Shown: positions 51,462 through 63,897, counted from the first letter of the whole stretch. The stretch: DNA of 63,897 bases, filler included, from Octopus bimaculoides (GCF_001194135.2; 6 parts of 5 records of this genome joined end to end with filler, not necessarily neighbours in it); one strand, 5' to 3'. The notes: generated by a model from the sequence alone, not told the origin. Numbers and translations are program-made.

Positions 51462-51612
51462 TATACGACGGGCTTCTTTCAGTTTCCGTCTACCAAATTC
51501 ACTCACAAGGCTTTAGTCGGCCCGACGCTATAGTAGAAGACACTTGCTCAAGATGCCATACAGTGGGATTGAACCCCGAACCATGTGGTTGGGAATCAAG
51601 CTTCTTATATAC
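51462..51612 (-). mobile_element. SINE family A 5' half
   Basis: Matches 39739-39880. Confidence 0.9.
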
Positions 51613-52339
51613 AATAATGACAGAAGTGTTAATACTAAGCGGTAATATTTATCCCCACTTAAAGGTGGGCGTTGTGTCAGAACATAGAATGTTGAAATAT
51701 TTACCACGAGTAAAACTCTCGAGTGGATTTGTGGTTCATATAAGCACTCGTGTTTATATCGCTAGCAAGAGATAAATCGACCGGCGTCGCGGCCACGGAG
51801 ACTACCAGATCACGTGATTTCCTTCTTCCGTGACCTAGATACGAGCAAAGCTTCAGTTTGGTGTCCCATTAATCACCCACGAATTTGGCCTTTTTTTTTT
51901 GCTCCATAAATTTCTTTGTAGTTTCAATTTAAACGTGGCTTTCAATATTAGATTTAAATCTTCTCGTTTAAATGTTTTAAGAAAGCTTAAGTATGCAAAA
52001 ATATCTTTTAAAACAACAGAGATTTAATGATTTAAATTCGATATGAAGCGTTAGTCTTTTTATATAGAAGCATTTTTGACGAGCTTTATAGAATTAGGTC
52101 CCTCTCATTAAGGTCTTTTATTTACGTGTAACTAAAGCAAAAATAAGATAGAAATAACGAAATTATATTGTTCAGAATTTGTATGCATGTATTACACTCT
52201 TATTTTTAAAATATATTTTATTGTAAATTTTTTTTTTTTACTGATTCAATTTTTTCTTAAATACTTCAAAATGTAGCGACGCACTAGTCTTTTTCAATAA
52301 ACTTAACAGATTAAAGATATGTGAATACAAGAAATAATT

Positions 52340-52483
52340 CCTTCCCTCATAGGCACAAGGCATGAAACTTTGGAACTGAGGGATATATTGGGTTACATTG
52401 AAGTCATTGCTCAACTGAGACTTATTTTATCGACCCCTGAAAGGATAAAACGCATTGTCGACTCGGACGGAATTTGAACTCGA
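52340..52483 (-). mobile_element. SINE family B, decayed
   Basis: AGGCACAAGG..CTTATTTTATCGACCCCTGAAAGGATAAAA..GTCGACTCGGACGGAATTTGAACTC. Confidence 0.8.
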
Positions 52484-52769
52484 TATTTTGGAAATATAAC
52501 AAAGTCTATGAATGAGTGAACGATCCCTATCAGGCGGAAGATCGAACCAGAAGCACATGAGTTTAGTCCCAATATGCTGGAATCGATTTTAAGTGATAGA
52601 TGGTTACTAATATAATTTGAATCAACAAAACAGTGGGCTTTCTTGTGGATTCGTGATGTCAAGGGTTGCTATTAAATTCTGAGATACCACGTTTCAAGAT
52701 AATAAGATTTAAAGTTCACTGTGATAAAAAAAATTCCTATGCTACCAAAAGCTTACCAAAAGCCCTAAT

Positions 52770-53560
52770 GTATTTGTATGGAAATCTAATTAAAATTTCA
52801 CTGGTTTTCTTTTGTTGTTGTTTTTTTACCTGATTATCACACTTGTCTACGATTTCAAATACCTCGAGTGAGCACACATTGCACTTACCCATGTCACCCC
52901 TGCATGAGAAAGCGGTTCTGATCAATTTCCTTCGTTCTTTTCATCCTACATCTATTTAGATAGGATGTAGGTTTGCGCTTATCAGGGTTCTTAAATGAGG
53001 AGACATAACAGTAAAATCCCAATTTAAATTGAAACGGTGTGCCCCTGTATAATGAAAGGTTCCTATTTTAGTGGTAACACTGCAATTATACGGTAATTTC
53101 TTTCTAAGGCACAGGTTAGCTATCGGACACTCGGTAGAGGTTCTAAAATTACAAGGAGCAGGAGGGATTCATTGGACTGGCTGTTATTACCAGCTATCGA
53201 TTGTACGTTAGTGTTACATAGGGATTCCGTGGTAACTGTTGCAGATTGCTGCGAAATGCTCTTATTATGATTAATAAATTCTGTTGGAGGCTATTGTGGC
53301 CCCTTAATGATAATAATATGCAATTTCCCGTTATTTATGGCAGCTATATCCGGTGACATGTGGTGTGGTTGAGTACGATAATTTAACAGTGTGTTTTATT
53401 AAATATTTTGTGGTACCTAAGTGTAGAGGAAAAAACATATCAAGGGCTTTTAAAAAGATGCCCGCTATATCAGTCACTATGTGTAGCCCGAAAGGGGATT
53501 CAAGCGTGTTATTGTCCTCTTACGTAATCTATTATTTTTAGTTTGATTTGCATAATCTAT
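52770..53560 (-). mobile_element. Penelope-like remnant: linker + GIY-YIG endonuclease, no RT
   Basis: RLRKRTITRLNP, TDIAGIFLKALDMFFP, YHKIFNK, TVKLSYSTTP, CNFR..ECPIANLCL, HYTG, SSFKNPDKR, KCNVCSLEVFEI..SEIL; frameshifted. Confidence 0.85.
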
Positions 53561-53785
53561 ATCCTCCTGACCATTGAGATTATTAGTAGCTGCTATATCC
53601 CTACCTTTGATCCGGGAAGAGCAATGGAGTTTGCAATAATTCTATGTTGAGAACATCGACATTAGAATAGTCGATCGATTAATCGATCGAATAATCGATC
53701 GCTTCGTTTTCGGGAGGGTTACCATGGAGGGAAACCAACTGAATCGACCTTCCCCTGGGACCCGTGCTACAGTACAGTAGCTTTT

Positions 53786-53855
53786 AACATTGTTATTATT
53801 GTTATTGTTGTTGTTCTTCTCCTCCTCTTCCTCCTCCTTCTTCTTCTTCTTCTTC

Positions 53856-53917
<62 letters not shown>

Positions 53918-53925
53918 GTTATTAC
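53786..53925. repeat. Compound (TTG)(CTC/CTT)(TTA)n microsatellite
   Basis: Direct inspection. Confidence 0.9.
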
Positions 53926-54237
53926 ATTCATTATTCTGTTTCCTACCTATGTAGTCTCAAATACAAAGAGGCACTGCTTAATGTTAGTCTCATGAAGTGT
54001 CACTCCGACATGTTCAGCTCCTCATATTGCGTAGTGTTTCACTAGTGAATCCTTTACATACAATGTGGTTAGAAGAGGAACGACCCAGAAACAATAGTAA
54101 CGAATATTAAAGTCGTACCATATTCATTCTTCGTCATCTTATATACATATATATACATACATATACACACATACACATACATACATATACATACATACAC
54201 ATATACATATATATACATACATATAAATATACACGTA

Positions 54238-54300
54238 TATAGCCTCGGGCCGACCAAAGCCTTGTGAGTGGATTCGGCAGAAACTGAAAGAAGCCCGTCG
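54238..54300 (+). mobile_element. SINE family A internal fragment
   Basis: TATAGCCTCGGGCCGACCAAAGCCTTGTGAGTGGATT..AAACTGAAAGAAGCCCGTCG. Confidence 0.9.
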
Positions 54301-54365
<65 letters not shown>

Positions 54366-55188
54366 NNNNNNNNNNNNNNNNNNNNNNNNNNNNNNNNNNN
54401 NNNNNNNNNNNNNNNNNNNNNNNNNNNNNNNNNNNNNNNNNNNNNNNNNNNNNNNNNNNNNNNNNNNNNNNNNNNNNNNNNNNNNNNNNNNNNNNNNNNN
54501 NNNNNNNNNNNNNNNNNNNNNNNNNNNNNNNNNNNNNNNNNNNNNNNNNNNNNNNNNNNNNNNNNNNNNNNNNNNNNNNNNNNNNNNNNNNNNNNNNNNN
54601 NNNNNNNNNNNNNNNNNNNNNNNNNNNNNNNNNNNNNNNNNNNNNNNNNNNNNNNNNNNNNNNNNNNNNNNNNNNNNNNNNNNNNNNNNNNNNNNNNNNN
54701 NNNNNNNNNNNNNNNNNNNNNNNNNNNNNNNNNNNNNNNNNNNNNNNNNNNNNNNNNNNNNNNNNNNNNNNNNNNNNNNNNNNNNNNNNNNNNNNNNNNN
54801 NNNNNNNNNNNNNNNNNNNNNNNNNNNNNNNNNNNNNNNNNNNNNNNNNNNNNNNNNNNNNNNNNNNNNNNNNNNNNNNNNNNNNNNNNNNNNNNNNNNN
54901 NNNNNNNNNNNNNNNNNNNNNNNNNNNNNNNNNNNNNNNNNNNNNNNNNNNNNNNNNNNNNNNNNNNNNNNNNNNNNNNNNNNNNNNNNNNNNNNNNNNN
55001 NNNNNNNNNNNNNNNNNNNNNNNNNNNNNCTTCTTCTTCTTCTTCTCCTTCTTCTTCTTCTTCTTCTTCTTCTTCTTCTTCTTCTTCTTCTTCTTCTTCT
55101 TCATCATCATCATCCTCATCTTATTCTTATTCTTCGTCTTCTTTTTCTTCCTTTTCTTCACTTTCTTCTTCATCATCATCACCATTTA

Positions 55189-55228
<40 letters not shown>

Positions 55229-55752
55229 CTTTCTTCATTATCGTCATCATCGTTTTCTTCTCTCTCTGCTTCTTCTTCATCTTCTTCCTTATCATTATCC
55301 CCCAAAATGTCCACTTTAAAACAGTGGATGTTGAAATTCAAGGGACATTTAATTGCTATTTCTAGCCGGTAGCGTACTGACGCGAAAGTTGGTTCATTGA
55401 CTCACGTGATGTTACTTCAAAAGAAAACAATAAACTAAAACTAGCACGAAAGTGGTTGCAAAATGCGCGAACATTCTAATCAGAATATTGAGTTTCGAAA
55501 TTTAACCGTGTATTAAAGCAGTGTCATTGTTCACATCGGGCAAAATGAAATACTGAAATATTTAAGACAACAAGAGTAAGAAGAAGAAAAAAACAAGAAG
55601 CAGAGGGTTATTTAATTTTAAACTGTCGGGAAGAAAACCCATTTTGACGTTTTGAACAATTGTCATTCGTCAAAACATAGAAGATGAAGAAATTCGGTGA
55701 AAGCAATGTTACATAAAACTGTATGTATGAAGGGGTGTAAGTATATACAAGG

Positions 55753-55796
<44 letters not shown>

Positions 55797-56139
55797 NNNN
55801 NNNNNNGTGTGTGTGTGTGTGTGTGTTTGTGTCTGTCTGTGTCTGTGTTTGAGGGTGTGTGTATGTGTGTGTGTACATGCGTGTGTATATGTGCGTGTGC
55901 ATGCGTGTGAGTGTGCGTGTGCATGTGTGTGTGTATGTGTCTGTGTGTGTTTGTGTGCGTGTGTATGTGATTGTATGTGTGTGTATATGTGTGTATGTGT
56001 GTATGCGTGTGTATGTGTGTATGGTTGTATGTGTTTGTATGTGTGTGTGCATGTGTGTATGTGCGTATGTGTTTCTATGTGTGTGTATGTATGTGCGTGT
56101 TTGTCCCACCACCACCACCACCCCTGCTTCACAACCAGT

Positions 56140-56318
56140 AGCGGTTTGCATACGTCACCGCAACTTATAACGGCAAAAGACAATGGTAGAATAAGCACCA
56201 GTCTTCTAAACCAAAATTAAATCCTCGGCTCAGTTCCTTTGCGTAAAAGCCTTCAAGAGGATGCCCCAGCATGGCCGCATCGTAATGACTAAAACCAGTA
56301 AACGATAAAAGATAAAAG
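56140..56318 (+). mobile_element. SINE family A-related 3' half, decayed
   Basis: CGGCAAAAGAC..TAGAATAAGCACCAG..CCCCAGCATGGCCGCA..AATGACTAAAACCAGTAAA. Confidence 0.7.
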
Positions 56319-56620
56319 GAATATCTGCACATGCGCACAGCTGCCTCTATCTGTTTCTTTGTTTCTCATGCTTCCAGCTCCACGTCTACGTTGGACGCGT
56401 ACAAATGGACAAATACATCATTCATTGAACAGGTCAAGCTTACGAAATTAATTTCATAAATTAATAATATTTGACTGTTGTTGATATCATTCGTATCAAT
56501 ATGGCCGTCGCTGTTGTTGTTGTTGTTGCTGTGGTCGTCGTTGTTATTTCTATTGTTAATGTTATTGTGCTGCCCCAGGTTATATGTGCAAGTACAAACC
56601 TATGGTATATTGGTAACTGA

Positions 56621-56679
<59 letters not shown>

Positions 56680-57714
56680 CATATATATATGTATATATAT
56701 ACATATGTATATGTATATATATATATATACATATATATATATACATATGTATACACATATATATTAATACATATATAGATATATCAAGATAAATATATAG
56801 ATATATAGATATATAAATATAGATATATATATTTATAAATGCATATATATAAAGTATATATATAAATATATATATATTTATATATACGTGTATATGTACA
56901 TATATACATGTTTATACATGTTTGTGTGTATATATGTTTGCGTGTATATATATATATATGTGTGTGTATATATATATATATATGTGTNNNNNNNNNNNNN
57001 NNNNNNNNNNNNNNNNNNNNNNNNNNNNNNNNNNNNNNNNNNNNNNNNNNNNNNNNNNNNNNNNNNNNNNNNNNNNNNNNNNNNNNNNNNNNNNNNNNNN
57101 NNNNNNNNNNNNNNNNNNNNNNNNNNNNNNNNNNNNNNNNNNNNNNNNNNNNNNNNNNNNNNNNNNNNNNNNNNNNNNNNNNNNNNNNNNNNNNNNNNNN
57201 NNNNNNNNNNNNNNNNNNNNNNNNNNNNNNNNNNNNNNNNNNNNNNNNNNNNNNGGTGGTGGTGGTGGTGGTGGTGGTGGTGATGGTGGTGGTGGTGGTT
57301 GTAACGACGACGACGCCGATGATGATGATGATGATGACGATGATGATGATGATGATCCTGGTTTGTTATTCTCCACAGACCAATGATAGACGAATATCGA
57401 TCAGTCCTTCCAATATGATCAGAGCTATAAATTACCGCCGCAGCGTTTGCCATCTTCGATCACATTCAAGGTTCAGTAATCCCTGGCACATGGCTTTCAC
57501 ACACGGTCATACTCTGTGTGTGTGCGTGTTTGTGTGTGTGTGCGTGTTTGTGTGTGTGTATGCGTACGTAGGCAAGGATGCAAGGATGTTTGTAAGTAAC
57601 TGCCAGTGTATGTATACGTGGGTCTTTATACATGGGTATACATATGTACATATACAAACATATATATATATATTTATACATATATATATATACATATATA
57701 TATACTCATATATT

Positions 57715-57748
<34 letters not shown>

Positions 57749-58188
57749 NNNNNNNNNNNNNNNNNNNNNNNNNNNNNNNNNNNNNNNNNNNNTTAATTAA
57801 TTAANNNNNNNNNNNNNNNNNNNNNNNNNNNNNNNNNNNNNNNNNNNNACGCTGTGCGTATCTATGTGTGTAACAATTTTAGAGTTCGGTTTCTAGAGTT
57901 AGGGTTAGGGGATTAATACGATATACACCGTTACAGCGCTAACTGTTTTCAACTGAATAGACGTCAGTGATTAGTAGAAATTATCGAAATAAGACAATTT
58001 TTTACATGAAATAAATTCAAATACAAATTTTTTTTTTCTGTTCTATAACACAAAATAGATAAGTATACGAAGTTTGAAAGTCTTTCGGTACCAAAAACAC
58101 TACATAAAACATAAATGAAAACTGGTGCCCCCGTTTTGAAATAGATCCGAAATTTGTGGGGATGATTCTTTTCAGAGGAGGTAGGGAG

Positions 58189-58970
58189 AGGACTTTCGGA
58201 AAATTCACACGATCCGATTTTTTCCCTAATAACCTTTAGGAAAATGGATATCTTTTGATGAAATTTTATATAAATACCTTTCAAACGAAATAGATTACGA
58301 TTATAAAGAAAATTGTGGGGATAATTCTTTCCAGAGGGGTGCGTTGGCGCATTTTTTAATAGTGTAAAATATTCAACACAGCCCTTCTTACCCCCAACGG
58401 TGATGTACTATAAACAACAGTTAAATCACCTTTAACTTCTTTCTTTAGTGAAACCATATTCAACACCGTAGTTATGAAATTGTTTCTCTCACCATGATAC
58501 ATAGGATCTTTTAAAAAACCTTTTTCTATTACTCAAACGAAGAATAAATGAATCTAAAAAATTTTTTTTCAAAAGTTTTTTTTCCATTACACTTCAACCA
58601 AATAATAATTTACGAATTTCTCTCTTTTCGAAAGTCCCCCCCNNNNNNNNNNNNNNNNNNNNNNNNNNNNNNNNNNTCGGAAAAAATCCCCCCCCCCAAA
58701 TTTCGGTAAATTTTCAGATTAACACCCGCAAGATTTTCACTAGGGTTTTAGGGTTAGGGAATTCCGTCCCTAACCCTAACCCATAACCCTAAAACCGTAA
58801 CACCCTAGTGAAAATCATGCGGGTGTTAATCTGAAAATTTACCCAAATTTCTTTATAATCGTAATCTCTACCGTTTGAAAGGTATTTATATAAAATTTCA
58901 TTAAAAGATATCCATTTTTCTAAAAATTACGAAGGAAAAAATCGGATCTTGTGAATTTTCCGAAAGTCCT
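58189..58970. mobile_element. Foldback element with nested inverted repeats and inverted telomere-like TTAGGG/CCCTAA units
   Basis: ~125-bp IR 58189-58314 / 58848-58970; 49-bp IR 58698-58746 / 58802-58850; loop with TTAGGG x2 and CCCTAA x~4. Confidence 0.75.
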
Positions 58971-60229
58971 GTCCCCACCAACCCCGATTCGTTAGCGCAA
59001 ATTTTTGTTTTCATATTCGTTTAATACACATTTTTTACACCTATTACACATTATTTTTATTTGTTTTGGTGGTCGGAAAGCTACTAGAGTGGCTTTGGAC
59101 AAAAAAGGCGGCGTGTTAGTTGTTGCTGCAATGGATACAAGTCAGGACTCGACCAATCCCGGCTGAGTTAACTGGGTCCAATGTGGAAAGACTCAAAACA
59201 TCCTACGACCCCAGGAACATCGCAGACGATGTTTCCCAGAGCATCCGAAAAATATATTACGCAACATACAGATTCTGCATAGACACCTTCAACTTCGTCT
59301 GTAATTTTAGGTGCAGTAAAGAATTGTAATTATTGTTCTTGAGATTGCAGGACATGGCTGTTCTCACAAACCTGAACCATCGATTGAGTTACTCGAGGAG
59401 TTTCTACGTGGTCGTTCGCTAGAAACAGCAGCCAAATCTTCTTCCAAATAAGCATCTATTGTCCGTTTTTAACGAAATATGGAAATAATGATGGTAGTAT
59501 AGGAGCAAAAAAACTGAATAAATGGTTCTCTACCACTTCCGTCAGTGCATGCGTTAAATAATAGGCGGTATAGTAGAGTACGAGAAAATATTTTTTTAAA
59601 TAACAGACACTTACATAGATAATTTTTCATGGGTTTGGAAAATAGGGTAGAGGTATTTTCACTTTCACTATTGATGGTGGTGGGAATGAAACGCGAATAA
59701 GTCCCGGGAGTTGATTGAATTAAAAGAGGCAAAAAAGCAAAATCAGTCATACAAAATTTCGTTCGTTAAAATATTTAGTGCCGTGTTTTATTAGATTTCC
59801 CTCCTAATAAATAAATGAATGAATAAATAAAAGCTTATCTTATGTAAATTACAATATAGAAACTACAAGCTGTTGGTTGAAGTTTAGAAGTTGGCGGCTC
59901 GAATGAAACGAATAACATTTCATATAAAAAAAACATTTGATCTTAGTAATTGTGAGATGTAACAGCTGTACTTTTGTTTGGTGTTTCTAATAGAGCAATA
60001 CGGAAGTGTGTGCGTATATATACACTGAGCAACAGAATTATCCCATCGCCGCCTTTGTTTTCCGTATAACTTTCGTAAAGACGAATATTTTTTAATGAAA
60101 TTTCCCAGAGATGCATTTTAGATAGTATAGATTATGTTTGAAAAAACTGTAACAAAAAAAAAAAAATTGTTTTGGAGGAGTTTTGGATAATCTCTCCTTC
60201 ATCCACACTTTCGTTCCTCAATTTTATAC

Positions 60230-60495
60230 ATACAACCAGCGTTGGTTTGTTTATATACCCGTAAATTAGAGGTTCGGCAAACGGAACCGATAAACAAGTA
60301 CCAGACTTAAAAGTAAAAGTTACTGGGGGTCGAGTTTTTCCAATTAAATCAGACAAGGGTAACCTTTTTTCGAGAAGCGGGCCGCATGAGACATGGTTCA
60401 TCATCAGGTGGGATACAGGTTGCACACAAGTTGACTAAACACTTCAAGGCGATGCCACTGCATGACCGCAGTCCAGTGGATAAAACAAGTAATTG
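60230..60495 (+). mobile_element. SINE family A-related 3' half, decayed and interrupted
   Basis: GGTTCGGCAAA..ACCGATAAACAAGTACCAG..CTGGGGGTCGAG and CTGCATGACCGCAGTCC..AAACAAGTAA. Confidence 0.65.
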
Positions 60496-60643
60496 AGACA
60501 CATACACACACTCAGTGTATGCGAGCGAGTGTAAATATCAAAGATAGAAACGCAAAGAGCGCTGATGAATTTTTGCTCAATAAAAAGAAAGAAAAATGAG
60601 CGTTGATAATGATAGATAGAATGGCAGATATTAACTTACTTAC

Positions 60644-60969
60644 ATGTTTCCTTGCAATTCTTTGAGTCATTACCATTTGTATTAGTTGTTTGGTTATCTT
60701 GCACGTTAACCTTTCCTTGTGTTCCATGATTATTACTGGAATCTTTTTTAATGTCTTTATTTTCTGTATTCGCTGTTGCAGTAGGGTTGTTTCTTTTTCT
60801 GGTCTTCCTGTTACCCAAAAACCATATTCTCTTAATATTTCGAATAGTGTACATAGCAGATATTACCATAATGACTATTGTAGCTAATATTGACAAACAA
60901 ATTATGTAAATATTTCCGTATGGACCGTTTTCAGCCTCACTGACTCCGCTTTTAGACTCCATCCTATTT
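60644..60969 (-). CDS. Putative coding exon of a single-pass membrane protein (TM helix + basic juxtamembrane + polar tail)
   Basis: ORF 60636-60962 MESK..IYIICLSILATIVIMVISAMYTI RNIKR..RKTRKR; T-rich tract and CAAG acceptor ending at 60970; GTAAGT donor at 60643 (alternative at 60639); not repeat-like; no homologue recognised. Confidence 0.5.
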
Positions 60970-63462
60970 CTTGAATTGCAATAATTTGAAAAAAAAAATG
61001 AAATGTAAATAAAAATATTCTTCCTCTCTCAGTCTGTCCACTATTCGACCAGAACCAACAGTAAAATTTGTTTACTGCATGTTACTACGAAAACCCGAAT
61101 TGTCAGCAACGAGCTATAAGGCGGAACGAACCAAAATCTAGTATTATTCAAGAGCAGGGCACCGTTTACTTAAATTATTCAACTTGCAGGAGGATGTCTA
61201 ATCACTCGGGTGAGATATTTGTCAATGTTACCAATTTAAGCTCGATCTCTGAACGTTGATTTGTTATTTTGTATTTAAATTTTTCTCTCTAAATTTAATC
61301 TTAAGGAAAAAAAAATAACGTAAAAAAGCAACTTATCATAAGTTGCTTGCAACAATTGATTATTAGTATATTTATACATATGCCTTTTAAGTCTATAAGA
61401 ATAGCATGTTTCGAGGGAATTAAAGGAATTGATTTTTAGTATGTATGTACATATGTGGCTAAGGGGCAGTTAAACAAAATAATTTCACATCCCTATGCAT
61501 ATGTTCATTTATATTTTATGGATAATTGGTATCGTACTGAAGCTTCACGAAAATCTCATCGGATATTACTGAAAGTGTGCACTCACTGTAGCTTCGTTCA
61601 CAAACTTGTTGACTTTCAATAAATATTTTTTGAAATTTTTTGATTAGTTAACTGTTAGTATTAGGAATGTGTATTACACGTTTCTGTTTTAACTGGATGG
61701 TTAAAAATCATCATTGACAACATATAGTGTCACATGTTTCACCTACTTATTATTAACCATCGAAGGGGCTCTTTACGTGTTCGCCCCACCTGCCAGAAAC
61801 AGTACTAAATGCCGTACATAAATAAAAATCTAGCAATGATAATGTAGACCTACGTGCTCCTAACAAGTCGGGATGGTCACAACTGGAATGCTTTTGATAA
61901 ATTTGCTAAATGTTATGGTTTCCACAATGTACTTCGTTGAATTTTGGGATATGCTAGTAAGAAAATACCGTTTTCAGTTTCTTACGTAATAGTTAAGATA
62001 ATACTATTTTGCTTTATTTTAAATTAAAAGACACTTCTGGAATTGGGCTTTTGATTTTAATTTGAGTTGACCTTTTTTTTTAATCATGTAGTTCTTGCTG
62101 ATAAATATATTTTCTCAAATCACACAGTACGGTTCTTTTTCCTCTAAAGAAAGAACGCATTTAGATATCCCAAAGACAAGATGGGCACAACTGGGAATTG
62201 TTGTCTGTCGAGCACTAAGCAACAATATATATTTAGAAGGCAATGTGCACAGAAAGAAAGCAACACGGGAAGGACAAGTTTTAACACACTCACACACATG
62301 TAATTTAAAGTTGGTTTCTTATATTCTCAGTAATTAAGAAAAATTAACCTCTTTAATGTTTCTTTCATTGAATATGTCTGCACTATATCATATCATGTTT
62401 TTTTTTTCTATATAGTTTACATTTATTTACATTCTTATGTGAAATACAAATGCATTAAATTATTTATTTTCATTGATCGATTGCCTTATTTGCGATCACA
62501 GGTTTTCGGTACAAGGGAGATAATAATCAAGAAAACTTGCGACTTGGATCATTCTGTTACTGAAGACATGTGGATGTGAAGAGGTGTCGTTGTCACTTGC
62601 TTCTCCAGAGATGAATTAAGCTATTTCATTTCTTGCCCTAACACTTTTAAGATTATATTGCGTCCATTTGCTATAGTCGAAGCTATATTACATTCAAAGA
62701 AAGGGGCAACCAATTTGACTACCGTGGCAAAAACCCATGTTATACCACGGTCCACATTCGTATACTATATCTTTACTGATTGTCACTCGTGTCCCAACCA
62801 CTTCTATTAACCACTTCTATTAACCTAATCGTCCCCTTCTCGAAATCTTTAACCCCCTTCTTCCAATTCCTACGCCTTAGCTGACTGCGAAGCATAGTCT
62901 CCAACTTTCATTCAGATTCCAAGAGGTGCAATATTTCTTCGATTGGTTGTGGGTGTAGCTCTTTAACTAACAAACCAGAGCTATCAACTGCATCGCAACA
63001 CTCCTGCAAACTGCAGTAGACCTCCTTGTTTGAAATTTCACCCAGTCATTCTTCTATTAAAACGTATCCCCTGTCACTTCCGGCTTATAGTCTCCAACTT
63101 GTAACCTTCATGGTATTTGCCGCACCATCTTTTCTCTCGTTTACACTTAACTTTTTCAGTCGTCACACTGCAGCTATTCTGGGGTACCGTCTTGAAGGGT
63201 TCAGTTAATTAAAACGATCTCAGTATTATTAGTCTGGTATTCATTCTATCGTTCTCCTTTTGATGAAACACTAAATTTCGGGAATGTAAATAAACCAAAG
63301 CCGGTTATCAGACAGTGAGAGACAAATGCGAATGAGTGTTTGAGTGTACCTTGTCTTGGCATCACATAATTGTTATAAATAAGCATCATCATCATACAAG
63401 TATGTTTGTTTCCAATTTTCCGTTAATATCATGTCTGGCCGTGGAAAAATATCTTGTTTTGA

Positions 63463-63556
63463 AACAAGTGACAGGAAGAGCATCCTGCTGTAGAAAATCT
63501 GCCTCAACAAATTCCATCTAACCCATGCAAGCATGGAAAAGTGGATGATGATGATG
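63463..63556 (+). mobile_element. Unclassified SINE/LINE 3' tail ending in (GAT)n
   Basis: GTGACAGGAAGAGCATCC..GTAGAAA..CCCATGCAAGCATGGAAAAGTGGATGATGATGATG. Confidence 0.5.
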
Positions 63557-63897
63557 GGGGGATATATATATATAATTATGTGTATTTTTTCTATCTTAAT
63601 GAATAAAAATTCTTCTGATAGAATAAATGGGTTAATAGAGACCAATGTAGCAAAGAACACAAAATAACTGTGGTTTAGTTCCTGTTTTTAAGGCAGGAAC
63701 TCCTTGAAATTTTGGGTATTTGAGTATATTTAAGGATTGGAGAAAACGCATGTTATAATTGCATACTTTATTCCTACATATGTTTCAAAGGATTACAACC
63801 TGTGTGATCCATAGGGATCTTTGATATTAAAATTGTAACCTTCTCATCAGGGAAAGCATGGGAATCATCTTAAACGTAAGACATTATGACCGATTAT

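Noticed and set aside
52685-52730. GTGAACT..GAAACGT on minus downstream of the EN-only PLE
   Set aside because: Suggestive of a G3/C8 core, but helix II cannot form and helix I overlaps the cleavage site
61068-61259. 63-aa plus-strand ORF rich in N-x-S/T sites
   Set aside because: Preceded by an in-frame stop; the nearby strong acceptor (~61032) is out of frame; no homology recognised
62181-62303. Short ORF MGTTGNCC.. resembling a myristoylation/palmitoylation N-terminus
   Set aside because: Only 40 codons; splicing to the next acceptor (~62501) gives an immediate stop
1-63897. CRISPR array, rRNA or bacterial operon
   Set aside because: No regularly spaced repeat-spacer array, no rRNA-like sequence and no prokaryotic gene density

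Overview
AT-rich, microsatellite-saturated animal genomic DNA from a draft scaffold with many N gaps. The repeat families resemble those known from octopus, so a cephalopod origin is inferred but not verified. Five gaps are artificial 100-bp joins (44 N + TTAATTAATTAA + 44 N), so adjacency across them is unproven. No intact protein-coding gene, rRNA, true tRNA or CRISPR array is recognisable, and almost all ORF-track entries are translated microsatellites or gaps. The window holds: at least three tRNA-derived SINE families in many copies; three clear Penelope-like element (PLE) remnants plus a possible fourth; a deleted Helitron; the 5' part of an R4/Dong-like LINE abutting a (TAA)n tract; RTE and possible CR1 LINE fragments; a Tc1/mariner-type MITE in two copies; a foldback element with inverted TTAGGG repeats; and one plausible host exon encoding a transmembrane helix (60644-60969, minus). 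The most notable signal is a set of minimal type I hammerhead ribozyme motifs with a palindromic helix III. One of them (31796-31846, minus) carries a compensatory C3G/G8C swap in the catalytic core. All alignments and folds were done by eye.
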